Assembly: GCA_977030845.1 (NCBI GenBank)
Contig: OZ365111.1
Span: 8,990,001-9,054,000, forward strand
Direction: 5' to 3'
DNA length: 64,000 bases
Origin: Fimbriosthenelais zetlandica
Taxonomy: Eukaryota
Numbering within the stretch: the first letter of the stretch is position 1; every line of letters starts with the position of its first letter. The notes beneath the pieces were generated by a model. It ran no database searches and was not told the origin of the DNA. It saw only the letters and a list, made by a program, of their open reading frames with translations. This document shows, in pieces, positions 26,778 through 38,714 of the stretch. The position numbers and the translations under genes were made by a program.

Positions 26778-28012
26778 TCATCGGGGTAGGTAATTGCTTG
26801 GATCCGGCATTCCGAAGTTTGAAGTTGGGTATGGCACACTACCGCTTCCCCAGTGGTTCTGTGCGGGAGTCCAATTATTAGCAGCACCTCCACCACCCAC
26901 GGGTGGAGGTGGGGCCGGCCGTGGGGGTACTCGTTGACGGTTACCTATCATTTCTTGCATTTTCTCTGATTTGACTTTCCTCATGTGGGCAGTGGTGCGA
27001 GTGGACTTGAATTTTTCTAAGAAATCCTCTACCTCAATATCGCCATCAATAAAAGCATCGGCTACCGTCTTAAATGAAAAAAATAATATGTATGAATATC
27101 TGACAATTCTGCTGGGATATCAGATCTGGGATCCTCTTAGGAGGTACCCGTAGGTATTTTTTACATTCTTAAAGTTTATCATGCAACATTAACAATTCTA
27201 ATTTAGTAACAATCCCAAGTAAGATACACAGTGTACTTATTTACCTCCGATTCTTCCTCAGCCTTGGCCACTTCTGTTTGTAACAATGCTAACACGGTAT
27301 CCAGGTTCTTCTGACCTCCAGAGCAATCTGTAAAAGAGAGCTTCAAAGTTACCGGTATGTTTCTGCTTCATTATTTAAATAATTTACCTCATTATTTAAG
27401 TCGTCTCAAAGTAATTTAAATATCTAAATTTGAGTTACATATTGGCTGCCACACATATATATTCTGAGAAGGGAGGTTGAGTTGTAGGCCTATATATAAA
27501 CATACTCACGTAGTTTTTGCTTATGTTCATCGAACTGTTTTTGTGTTTTAATAGCCTGCTCATATGTCGATGCTAACTGTCGTTTGGCCTGATCAAACTT
27601 CGATTCTCGTGACAAGTTGTACTCGGCTAGGGACTTGTTTGAAGCAAGGTATGTCTCTTTGTCAACCTGCAACCCTTTTACCTGAAATAAAGAAGAAAAG
27701 TCAAAAGTTGTTTCTTGAGACAATCCACAATTTTGTACTTAAGTTAAGTATGATTAAAAATGACAAATCAAACGGAGAATCAATCACAGAATTAAAATAA
27801 TAATTTTACATGCAAATTAAGGGTTAGCATACGGTAATATTTATAATTGTTACCTGCTGTAAATCATTTATATACTCGTCAAGCTTTGTGTCATTGTTGA
27901 GTAGCTCCTCGAGCTCCTCTTTGTTCAGATGTTGGAGGATTCCCAGCGCAGCGCTTTCATCAAGCTGCGGCGAGCCAGGTGAGCCACCCGATGGACGGTA
28001 GTTCATATACAT
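26778..28012 (-). CDS. VPS37B: ESCRT-I subunit VPS37B/C homolog (Mod(r) domain plus Pro-rich tail), 234 aa
   Basis: Coding exons 28012-27854, 27681-27510, 27327-27245 and 27068-26778 have consistent GT-AG phases. The translation includes LNKEELEELLNNDTKL, ETYLASNKSLAEYNL, ALLQTEVAKAEEESETVADAFIDGDIEVEDFLEKF and PPRPAPPPP...VPYP. There is no UEV domain, so it is not VPS37A. A non-coding first exon ends at the 28420 donor. It is probably a co-ortholog of vertebrate B/C/D. Confidence 0.92.
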
Positions 28013-28419
28013 GTCTCCTAAATACCAATAAAAAATATTGTTGACGAAATAGAGCCAGCAAGAAATTGGCCCTGTTCTTTCAATCATGGTTTTAACACAG
28101 ACATATCTTTGAAAGGCTTTATGTCGATGACAGATCGTAATTTAGACAGAGTGTTTATGACATATTCTGAGGTTGACATATTCTGAGGTTTCAGGCAAAT
28201 AGGGCCAGGAGAGTAGATTCTATGGCAAAATCTTTGCAAATTGCACTTTGTTGACATAAGAAGGCAGGGATCCGTGATCGCAGGGCAAGTCAACAGAAAT
28301 CACGAAGTGTCAACACAGCAAGTCTCAATCGAGTTTTAAGGTAATTCAAGGACATACAGTGCAATTAATACGGAAGACTAACTCCAAACTTGCGTAAAGA
28401 AGCCTAACTTGATACTTAC

Positions 28420-29236
28420 AATGCTGATTACGAGGTTCTATCAGTGAAAGACGTCAAAATATGAACGCTTGCGAAAATAAAGGCGATCTGAAACCGGAAG
28501 CGGAAGTTTTCACTGACACAGGAATGTCGCAAAATTCGCTCATATACAAGTTTGGCCGATACTAATTTCTTGTCATACTTTCAGTATGTTCTACCATAGA
28601 AAGTACTTATATGTAATTCCTAATCAATGAAACTATTGTAGGACGTGAATAGGATCCGCGGTCATTTTACGACTAGGTCTTGGGCGTAGTAAAATCCCCA
28701 TTTATCGCTCAATGAAACAACGTGGAATCAAGGGCGAATCTATTCATATTTAGGTAACAGCCACGGCATATATAAGTTTATGACATGCAGGAAATGAAAA
28801 CTTCACATGTCCAAAATATCACTGCCTAAATCCTGAAACAAAGTTGGTCGGTGTATGCTTTAATTTAGTCCCTGAAAATAGTGCTACATCGTCTGCTACG
28901 AATACTGAGCGGATATTCTTGAGCACCACTCTGACCTCATCATGGCTCATGCGATATATATATTTTGCAATAGTATCATCACCTTTATGTAAAATTTCAC
29001 CTACATATTCAATGGATTTTGTAATAATGAAAGAATTTCAATGTCACACATCGATCTTGCTCGCATTCATTTTGTTTAAACATCTCTTCGCGCTATTTCT
29101 TGTAGCGGAAGTAGGTATGCCCTAGTGGTTACCCGGTCCGCCCGGCGGGCGACCCGCCAAATGACGAAAGGCTACTTTACGAGTGGGGCTGATCACACCT
29201 TTAGCGCGGCGAGATAACTGCTCTTCTTAATTAACC
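28420..29236. promoter_or_regulatory. Bidirectional promoter between VPS37B (-) and AACS (+)
   Basis: The divergent 5' ends are about 0.8 kb apart. Tandem ETS/GABP sites CCGGAAGCGGAAGT lie at 28494-28507 and a GC-rich CCGCCCGGCGGGCG patch at about 29131-29158. Confidence 0.7.
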
Positions 29237-32200
29237 ATGGATGCTGCAGGTGATAATAACCGAAGATGTTTATGGACGCCAGATCCCTCGAAATGTACCA
29301 ACATGTCACGGTTTCAGGAAAGGGTTAACACAAAATTTGGATTGAATCTCGGTGAGTCAACAACAAGTAACTTTACACAGCCTGGCCTCACGCCACTCCA
29401 CTGTCACTATCCTTGGTGTCACTCAAATTCTGAATGATGACAAGAAGTGTGGACGCATGCTTGCCAGCTGCTGCAGCTGTGACGGGCATTTACACCACCA
29501 CTGGGCTATTTATAAAAATATTTCATTTTTATTTGCTTAGAAAAATATGGTCATGTGTTGTCTCACCCTTTCTGGTGCTGTCTGCTTACCGTCACGCCTC
29601 ACGGCCATGCTGATGGTCTGATGGAGGCGTGGCAGGTTCTGCACTCTCTGATTGGTCGAAAGCATGTGATGAATTTTAGGCCAGATTTGGACCTTTACAA
29701 TGTAATATCCAATTTGTAGTAAAATTTGCATCTATCTTAATTCTTAAAGACATGTAATTAAACATGTAACCGGGTATACATGTATATTGAACGAAAATAA
29801 AATTTAAAAAAAAGAAAGCTAAGAGAAAAAAATTTTAACCTTGCCCAGGCTTAACTTGGTCCAACTTGGGCCTACCAGCGTTAATATTCCAGCATTCGTT
29901 TTAGTCCATTTGGTTAAAAAGGTCTTCATGAGATTATTATTGTGAGAGATAGATGCTTCTGATTTCTATAGGCCTATGCTGGCATATATGCCATATTTTG
30001 TTGCCTTGGGTCAATGATAATAAATCACCTGTTGACGTGGTCATCTTTGTCCTGAATCAGGACAGGACATGTTCATGTTGCTGACCAGCATGGTCATCAC
30101 ATACCATTTTTGACCCACAAGCCCAAATCTATGAGATCCATCTTGGCATTTATATTTTATAGGTAGCAGGTTCTATCATCTTGAATACATGAAAATATGC
30201 ATATATGCAGCATTTATATTATATGTTAACCTGGCAAGGCAAGGCCTTGGTTAAATTTTAATCTTGAAATTCGCAATCGATAATTATGTTACTTGGTATA
30301 AATATATTTAACAAATATAATATACTATAGCCATAAAAACATTGTGTATTGTAACAATGTGTATTGGCCTCGTTTCTTTCCAGCAACTTACAAAGAATTA
30401 TATGACTGGTCCAATGAACACTACCCTGATTTCTGGTCAGAAGTATGGGATTTTACTGAGATAAAATACTCCCAGACCTACACTAAGGTAAGTATCGTGT
30501 AGTCAAAATATTTAAGCAAACATATTGTTTTTTAAAGCCAAAGTGAACTTGTGCTAGCAGTAGAAAAGTTTTGAAGGATAGCCTTGGGCATTATTTTAAA
30601 GATAAGGCTAGTCATTGTTAAAATAATTAAGCTCTATATAAAAGGTATATGATTATATAAGGAATGTATATTATTGGAATGATTTTGTCTGACAATTCCC
30701 TCTCTATAGGTTATTGATAATTCTGTCAATATGGCTGAGATCCCAAAGTGGTTTGAGGGCAGTCGACTGAACTATGCTGAAAACCTGCTTAAATATAATG
30801 ACGAGAGAGTGGCGATATACAGTTGTGGTAAGGACATTTTCAATTGATGTTTTTAGCATTTATATTTGTGCTTTTCATTTCTAAAAGTTTTAGGTTTTTC
30901 TGAAATACTTTGCTACATGTTTATTCATATTACATCTGATAAATTCTCGTTTGATTTTTTTATGAGTGAGTCCCAGTTAAAAATGTTAAAATATTCGAAT
31001 AATTCAATTAAATATGCATAATATTGGGATGTATGCTAATGGGAAACACTTTGTGGAACCAGCTGAGGTAACCCCAAAAGATGGAAATGAATATGTCCGA
31101 CATGATGGAGGTAAGTTTCCAGAGAGATTGCATATCCAGGAAGAACATTTACGGGATATTTGGTCTTTTACTATAATAAGATAATGATATGCTGCCCATA
31201 TTTCCCCAATACCCAATATACTATAAATATGTGAATGAAATTGTTTCTAGTCTATTGGCTTATCCTCGGTTCAAGGTGAATGACCCGGCCAGCCTTGAGT
31301 TTCTTTCTTCACTGAATCCATCTTTGATTTTCCCTGAAAATATTTGGCTTGATGGCAGGTGATGGCCCGTAACCAGATATTATAATCAAGATATATTCCA
31401 GATCTCATTTTCACCACCACTTTTTTGGACGGTACTAGCAATTTTTGAATATCCCATTCCCATTATATTATGGATATAGGGGATGTTGATGTATTGGTGC
31501 TTGCTTTGAATGTATAAATTGAGCGATATCCATATTTTTAGACGTTGTGAGAAAAATTAGCTCTAATGTATTTTTATTTACAAATTTATTTGAAATTAAT
31601 TCAATATACACGACAATTTATATCAACCCTATGTGCTATAATAATAAGTTAAATGAAGCCTACTAGTGTAATAAAATATGTCTTTAAGGATTAGATTTAA
31701 CTTTTCTTTGCATTTAGATCAATGTCCAGTTTTATCATAGTCTACGCTGATAATAATTCTGATTTCCTTTCTTTTTATAGTTGAAGGAACGACGAACTAC
31801 AAAACGCGCACTTATGCTGAACTCAGAAATAAAGTTGCGGTATACGCTGAGGCAATGAGGAAAATGGGCGTCAAGAAAAACGACAGAGTAGTTGGTAGGT
31901 ACTCCTTCATGTATCTTTTGTCAAGTCCTGTACATTGAATATTCCCACAGCTTTTCAACAATTAATTGCCGCCTTGTTTCTGAGTCTCTTGCAGCTAAGA
32001 GTGATAGCTTAAAGGGAAATAAATTTCTGGAATATTCATACCAAGTTTTGACCAGTATCATAATAGAATGCCAAAGACATTATTTTATTCTCGAATTAAC
32101 TTTTCTATTTTGCCTTCTTTTCTTTCTTGTACCTTCATTTCCTTTTAATATTATGATTTACTTTTAATATTATTTTTCTATTTTACGCAGGATACATATC

Positions 32201-35200
32201 CAATTGTATAGAAGCCGTGGAAGCGATGCTAGCAGCCGCCAGTATAGGAGCAGTGTGGAGCAGTACCTCGCCTGACTTTGGAGTGACTGTGAGTATTGTT
32301 TACTGCAAATCACATAATAGAATTAGAATCAGATTTTAAAAGTGGCCACTGGTCAGTATCTTGATTTCTTCAGGAACCGCTCGGGAGTGGGGCCATTGGA
32401 TTAAACGATGGAATGAGTAAAGGAGCATGAAATAGTCTTTAATTCATTCAGTACAAATTGTTGGTCTTTGATTATCTTTCAGGGAGTACTGGAACGCTTT
32501 TCACAAATTGAACCAAAGCTTATCTTCTCTGTGAATGCTGTTGTATATAATGGCAAGGTGCACGACCACATGGAGAAACTTGAGAGAGTGGTGAAAGGTA
32601 CGGACAATTCTATAAGCTTAGAAAATATTTTCTGTGAAAATTAAAATGCCTCATGTTTATTGACCCATCTAGGAAAATGTAATATCTTTATGTGATGTGT
32701 ATTTTTCTTTTATTGACAGGATTGCCAGACCTGAAAAAAGTGGTCATAATTCCAAATATTGTCAACTCTGGGAAGACTGTCAATAAAGCATCCATTCCAA
32801 ACAGGTTTGTACTAATTTAATGTATTTCAAATCCATTTTCCAAAAATTATTAAATATTATCAGTATACGATCTACGTTCTAATAATATTTTCATGATTTT
32901 CTTACAGTGTTCTCCTGGAAGAATTCCTTCAGGACGGTTTCAGCAGTGGAGGGGGTATCCCTGAGCTGAGATTTGAACAAGTGCCTTTTGATCACCCATT
33001 ATTTATCATGTATTCATCAGGAACAACTGGCGTGCCCAAATGTATGGTCCACTCTGTTGGGGTAAGTGGATCACCTACTTTCAATCTATTAATTGTTTTT
33101 AAAAGATTCTCTTCAAATTTTGCAATTATATATGTAGACTGTGCAGCTCTTTATTTGGTATGGAAATCTATTGTTAATTTATGAAGAGTACCTTTTTTAT
33201 TCACATATAATTATTTTGGTTTTTGTAGGGGACATTGATCAAACATTTAGAGGAACACGTTCTTCAGGGAAACATGAATAGAAATGATATCATGCTATAC
33301 TATACCACGGTTAGTATATTCCAGTGTCATTTGATCTTTGGGATTCAGAAAGTAAATATTTATATTAACTGGTTTAAGCACTAGTGAGATTTATTTTTTT
33401 GTTATGAAATACCTTTACTATTAATTTACAGACGGGCTGGATGATGTGGAACTGGTTAGTGAGTTCATTGGCCGTTGGTGCCGCCATCTTGTGCTATGAT
33501 GGGTCACCGCTCATTCCCTCTCCAAGCATCCTCTGGGACCTCATTGATAAAATAGGGTAATAATATTATACAGTTACCAAATTTATAAAATGAACAATTA
33601 ATTCAAATATCAAAGTCATTACAGATATCAAATTCTAACGGATATATTGGTTCTATGACATATTTTTAATAATCCATATTTATTCAGGAGGGTTAACATC
33701 ACATAACTTTCTTCTTGAATCTTGAACTTTCTCTTTCTCTTTTTGCAGTGTCACAATTTTAGGAACTGGTGCCAAGTGGCTGGCTGTTCTTGAGGAGAAA
33801 AATGTCAAGCCCCGTATGTAATCCAAACTAATCACAAATTAAAATAAAAAATTATTTAATTTTGTTTAATTTAATATTCCACCACCTATTGGTTTTATAT
33901 GGCATACACTTCTTGTTAGTCCTTATCCAATTATATCTTGCAGTTTTGGCAACTATGTGTAGTCAACATTTCATTTTAAAATTATTGTATATTTTATGTA
34001 TGCTGTACAGGAGAAACTCACAGCCTGAAAACATTGCACTCCATTCTCTCCACTGGCTCTCCTCTAAAACCACAAAGCTTTGACTACGTCTACAGGGATA
34101 TAAAACCAGATGTACTCCTCGGTTCGATTACAGGTTGGTGTATATAATTCACGTACAAAAATTAGTCTCTCTAAATGATCCCAATTTGAGAATCATACAT
34201 TCGTATGAGCAATAGAAAATATAGCGCCATAATTATATAATTAATTGTTTTAATTATTATTATTTTAATTATTTAGGAGGGACTGACATCATTGCATGCT
34301 TTGCTGGTCAGAATTGGGCACTGCCTGTCCACCGTGGTGAAATCCAAGGACGTCATCTTGGTATGGCCGTGGAGAGCTGGAACGAAGCTGGTAAGCACTA
34401 AACCATTCATTACTACAACACATATACTTCTTCAGTCAAAGTCAGATAACTATATTGGGTTTTATGAATTAACTCGCTATTTACCACAAATAAGTTTCCT
34501 GATTAACTTCAAAGCAAAGCCATGAAAAATGAGCGCATCTGCTTAAAATATATTGACCTGTCGAGCTATATATGGTTTTGTATAGAGATTGATGATGAAG
34601 TTTTAAGTTAATCACTTAATTTCATACAGGTGAGCCGGTCCTCGGAGAGGCAGGAGAACTCGTCTGTACGAAGCCATTCCCTTCCATGCCCACACACTTC
34701 TGGAAAGATGAGACAGGCATGAAGTATAAAAAGGCTTACTTCAACAAGTTCCCAGGTAATGATATTTTCTGTTTATTAGGATTTCTTATATCCTAGAAAG
34801 GGCTTTTTCAGATCTGTGAAAAAGTATATAGTCTAATGGATATTAATTTTCTACATATTAGGAGTTTGGGCTCATGGCGACTTCTGCCTGATCAGTCCCG
34901 ATACTGGTGGCATTTGGATGCTTGGGAGAAGGTGAGAATATTTTTTATTAGTTTGGATCTCCTTTTGTTCTCCATCATTTCTTCATTGTATATGAATATA
35001 TGAATTTTTCTTTCACATCTTTAGTGATGGAACATTGAATCCGAATGGTGTGCGCTTTGGCAGTGCTGAGATCTACCAAATAGGTGAGATTTTCTAATAA
35101 GTACTTGATTTACAAAATCGGGTTTTTATGGCTGAGACTGAAAGTTTGGAGGGACACTGTAACAATGATTCTGTCAACAGTTGAGGCGTTTAAGGAGATA

Positions 35201-36072
35201 GCAGACTCTCTGTGTGTGGCTCAGAGGAAGGCTGACCTCAGTGAGGAGAGGGTCATTCTCTTCCTAAAGATGGTGGAAGGCTGTCAATTCAACGACGATC
35301 TGGTGAAACGTCTGCGAGCCGACATCCGCATGCAGCTCTCTGCCCGTCATGTGCCTACTATTATCATGGAAACGAAAGACATTCCGGTAGGTTAAACGCT
35401 ATATGTGGCATCATAACCATCTCCCAATTAAAAGTGACCTTCCATTCTCTTTCCCTCCCTTTCTCTCTGCCTTGTCCTTCCTCCGTCCATCGATCATCCT
35501 TCTCCCCCTTTCTCTTGCTCTTCCTCCGTCCCTCCCTCTCCTCCTTTGCCTTGCTCTTCCTCCGTCTACCCTCTCCCCGCCCCCTTTTTCTCTCCTTCGT
35601 CCATCTCTCTCCCTTGTCCTTCCTCCGTCCATCCCTCTCCGCTCCCACCCCTTGCCCTTCCTCCGTCCATCCCTCTCCACCTTTCTCTTGCCCTCCGTCC
35701 GTCCAACCCTCTCCCTCTTTCGTCTCCCTTGTCCTTGCTCCGTCCATCCCTCTCCCACTATCTGGTCTACCCCTCCCCATTGTCCTTCCTCTCTCCATCC
35801 CTCTCCCTTGTCCTATGAGAAAGAATACTTAAGAATGCTTAAATAAACTATTCACTTAAAGTATTTACTATTTGCTTTCAATAAACTATATGGTCAGGTG
35901 TCAATAAGTAATGGTGAATTTTCTGTTTTGGCAGTACACATTGAGCGGTAAGAAGGTGGAGGTAGCCGTGAAGCAGACCATAGCTGGTAATGAAGTCAAA
36001 GCACGGGGAGCATACTCCAACCCCGACTCACTCGACCTCTACAAGAACATCAAAGAACTGCAAAACTATTAA
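29237..36072 (+). CDS. AACS: Acetoacetyl-CoA synthetase, 18 coding exons
   Basis: Exons 29237-29351, 30384-30487, 30710-30827, 31781-31894, 32191-32288, 32483-32597, 32720-32804, 32908-33061, 33229-33309, 33432-33556, 33749-33813, 34011-34133, 34277-34390, 34630-34755, 34862-34931, 35025-35083, 35181-35386 and 35935-36072 join in frame. Motifs: [25 protein letters not shown], the AMP-binding [50 protein letters not shown] and [13 protein letters not shown]. Confidence 0.97.
29835..30254. mobile_element. Possible degenerate MITE in AACS intron 1
   Basis: Left end TTAACCTTGCCCAGGCTTAAC; right end GTTAACCTGGCAAGGCAAGGCCTTGGTTAA, whose reverse complement contains CCTTGCCAGGTTAAC. Both outer ends are TTAA. 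The inverted repeats are imperfect. Confidence 0.35.
35438..35812. repeat. Pyrimidine-rich minisatellite in the last AACS intron
   Basis: About ten degenerate copies of a roughly 30-38-bp unit with the core CCTTG(T/C)(C/T)CTTCCTCCGTCCATCCCTCTC. It explains the overlapping low-complexity ORFs in the track. Confidence 0.9.
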
Positions 36073-38714
36073 AATGAAGAACCCCCATTGATGGAATGAA
36101 AAGGTAAGCAGTTCTAAAAAAAAAAATGGGTGGCCACACACCCCTACTGTCTGGTGAGAATTATTGTTATAAAAAATGACAGAAAAACTGAAAAATCTCG
36201 ATTTTCATGTGATATAAATATATGCTTCTTTCCATATAGAGGCCTTTATTCTCTGGACCAACCTAAACGTTGCCTGGTTTTGTCATGTTATGACCCCTTT
36301 CACTGTGCTTGATAGTAAATTGTTCAGCTCCTTTTTGTATATTAGAGCCGTCTGAACAATTATCTATGAAATGTTGGAAAATAGATCTATAATGTGCGGG
36401 AAATATTTACTTGTTACTTGTTACTAATAGAAACTTTCTCAATATTTCGTCTAACTCTGGGGACTACTTGAATATTATTTAATTATGTTTTCCCTTTTAT
36501 GTGTTGTGCCATGACGAACTGATTGGATCGGTTGCACTGAACTCTTGTTGTAATCTTTAACTAGAATTGTTATCTTCCACTTATAAAGTGGAGTCTAACT
36601 TATTGAACAATTTGTTAATGATCTTGTTTTTGGTGACATTTAAAGATCAATATATATTTTTTTCTCGTCGCGCTTTAAGTTTAACACATCGGTTTACTGA
36701 ACTTAGGCTTGTATACTATCTTTATACAAAGCTATCAGCATATCACCTATGAACTTATCTATAACCAGTTTACTCTATTATAAACGGCCTTATTAGGTGA
36801 AGTATGCTAATATTTATGGGAGAAGGGTCACAATATATTAATTTCATGTATATTGACTGGCATGTGAAGCTGTATTATGTGTGGCTTTCTGTTTAACAAT
36901 GGGTGCAATTTTAATATAACCAACAGTCAGTTAATTCCCGGTTAAGCACTGATGATAGAGATTAATTTTCTTAAATATAAAGCATGGGCTTATATCCTCA
37001 AGAAGGTAACCAAAGATACTGATAGGCTAGTGAAAAGATATCCTAAAGGAGGTATTGATCAAAGTATGTCAATTAAAATCTTCTGTAATCATTTCTAATA
37101 GTCATGTATTTTGACCATTTAAGGTCTCCTCTATCATTATACATAACACGTATTGGGCGTTTTCCATGATATGCAAATTTAAAAAAAAATTAAATTGACC
37201 AATGTTTCCAAATAGATGAAAGCAGTTTTCTTATATTTTACCTGATCGCTTCCAATGACACACTCCAAAGAATGACTTGAGACATTTCTGAGAAATTTAT
37301 TAATCTTTTTTATTTTGAAATAAATTAAAAGTAATATCTACAGAAATCGTGTTACCTGAAACACGAGTACTATTCTATCAGTTTCAAATTCTAGACTATG
37401 TCAGCAACAGCGTGCCACTGTTTAAAATGTATCTGAATAAATTAATGATAAATAATTATAATACTTATAGGTTCCATACAAAATACATTTCATCTGTAAT
37501 CTTCCTTTATCAAAATATGTAAATGCATATGCAAATCCACTGCTATTCCTTATAATGAGTATTTCTTGGTATATATTTGTAAAACATAATTTAGTCACAG
37601 GCACATTATCAATGGTAAGATTCACACAACTGAGCAAACACAATATATACATTGCATTCCACAGACACTTCACACAGTATTGACATGCACGAATAGACAA
37701 GAACACTTACACCACATGACATAGTACGGATTCCCCTTTCTTTAGCAAGTTCAAAAAAAGGCTGACTAGATTCCATCCATTGTGTTTTGTAGTTCCATTG
37801 GGAACTAGCAGTATTTTAAACCAAAATAAAATGAACTCAAATCTAGGAACACGCCTAACGTCCAAACCTCTATTTGTATAATTGTTCATATTGCACTTTG
37901 CCTAGCCAGTTTATCTGTTCGTGAAATGAAAGATACCTGTTATAATATTTTTTAAAAAAAGCCTATTTGTAGCAGCAAATTAAGTACGGTGAAAAGAAAA
38001 AAAAAGAGAAACTTATAACAGCGTCTCTTGGTAACCATCTCTGAAAAATAGGAGCAAGCACAAAAACACCACACTAACTAAAATTCAATCCAGATGGGTT
38101 GTTTTGGGTTCAGTAAGAATTAAATCATAAATGCACGTTACTTCTATTAAAAAATAATCTATACACACAACCTAGACCTAATATCACCTGGTATTTCATA
38201 TTAGGTAAGAATTGTTTCAACGTACTGGAAAAATACCCTCATTTTATAAACATATTCTACGCAGTTATAGCACCAGTTAATATGTAGATTAAAAAATCCA
38301 TTATGATGCACACTGGGTGCACTTACTCATATGTAAATAGTTCTAAAATTATAGTACATGAGATCTTTTTGAAAACATGTTCTCGCTCGATATTGACTGA
38401 GTATTCTCAAACATCAGATGATATGATGTACAACAATCCTACATTCCTATAATAATTAAATATAATATATCTTCTCATTTAGCTATAATATATCACATTG
38501 TAGTCAATTCCTCTAATTTAAGATGCAAAAATTATCTTGTCTTCTAGATAGGCTAATGTGATCATAAATAGACATGTCTTTATGATGTGATCAAGTGAGT
38601 GTTGTCTCACAATAACTTATGAATAATAACATAGTAACATTCATATTTTTATAAATAATTGTACATGTTGTTTAAAAATAATTGTACTATAACTACCGCT
38701 CTAGTACAATGAGA

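Noticed and set aside
29183-29200. Sterol response element in the AACS promoter (GTGGGGCTGATCACACC)
   Set aside because: It needs an inserted base to match GTGGGGTGAT. The one perfect SRE I noticed (59901-59910) is far away and probably chance.
35364-35846. Five overlapping 90-147-aa ORFs
   Set aside because: They are products of the intronic C/T minisatellite, which lacks stop codons.
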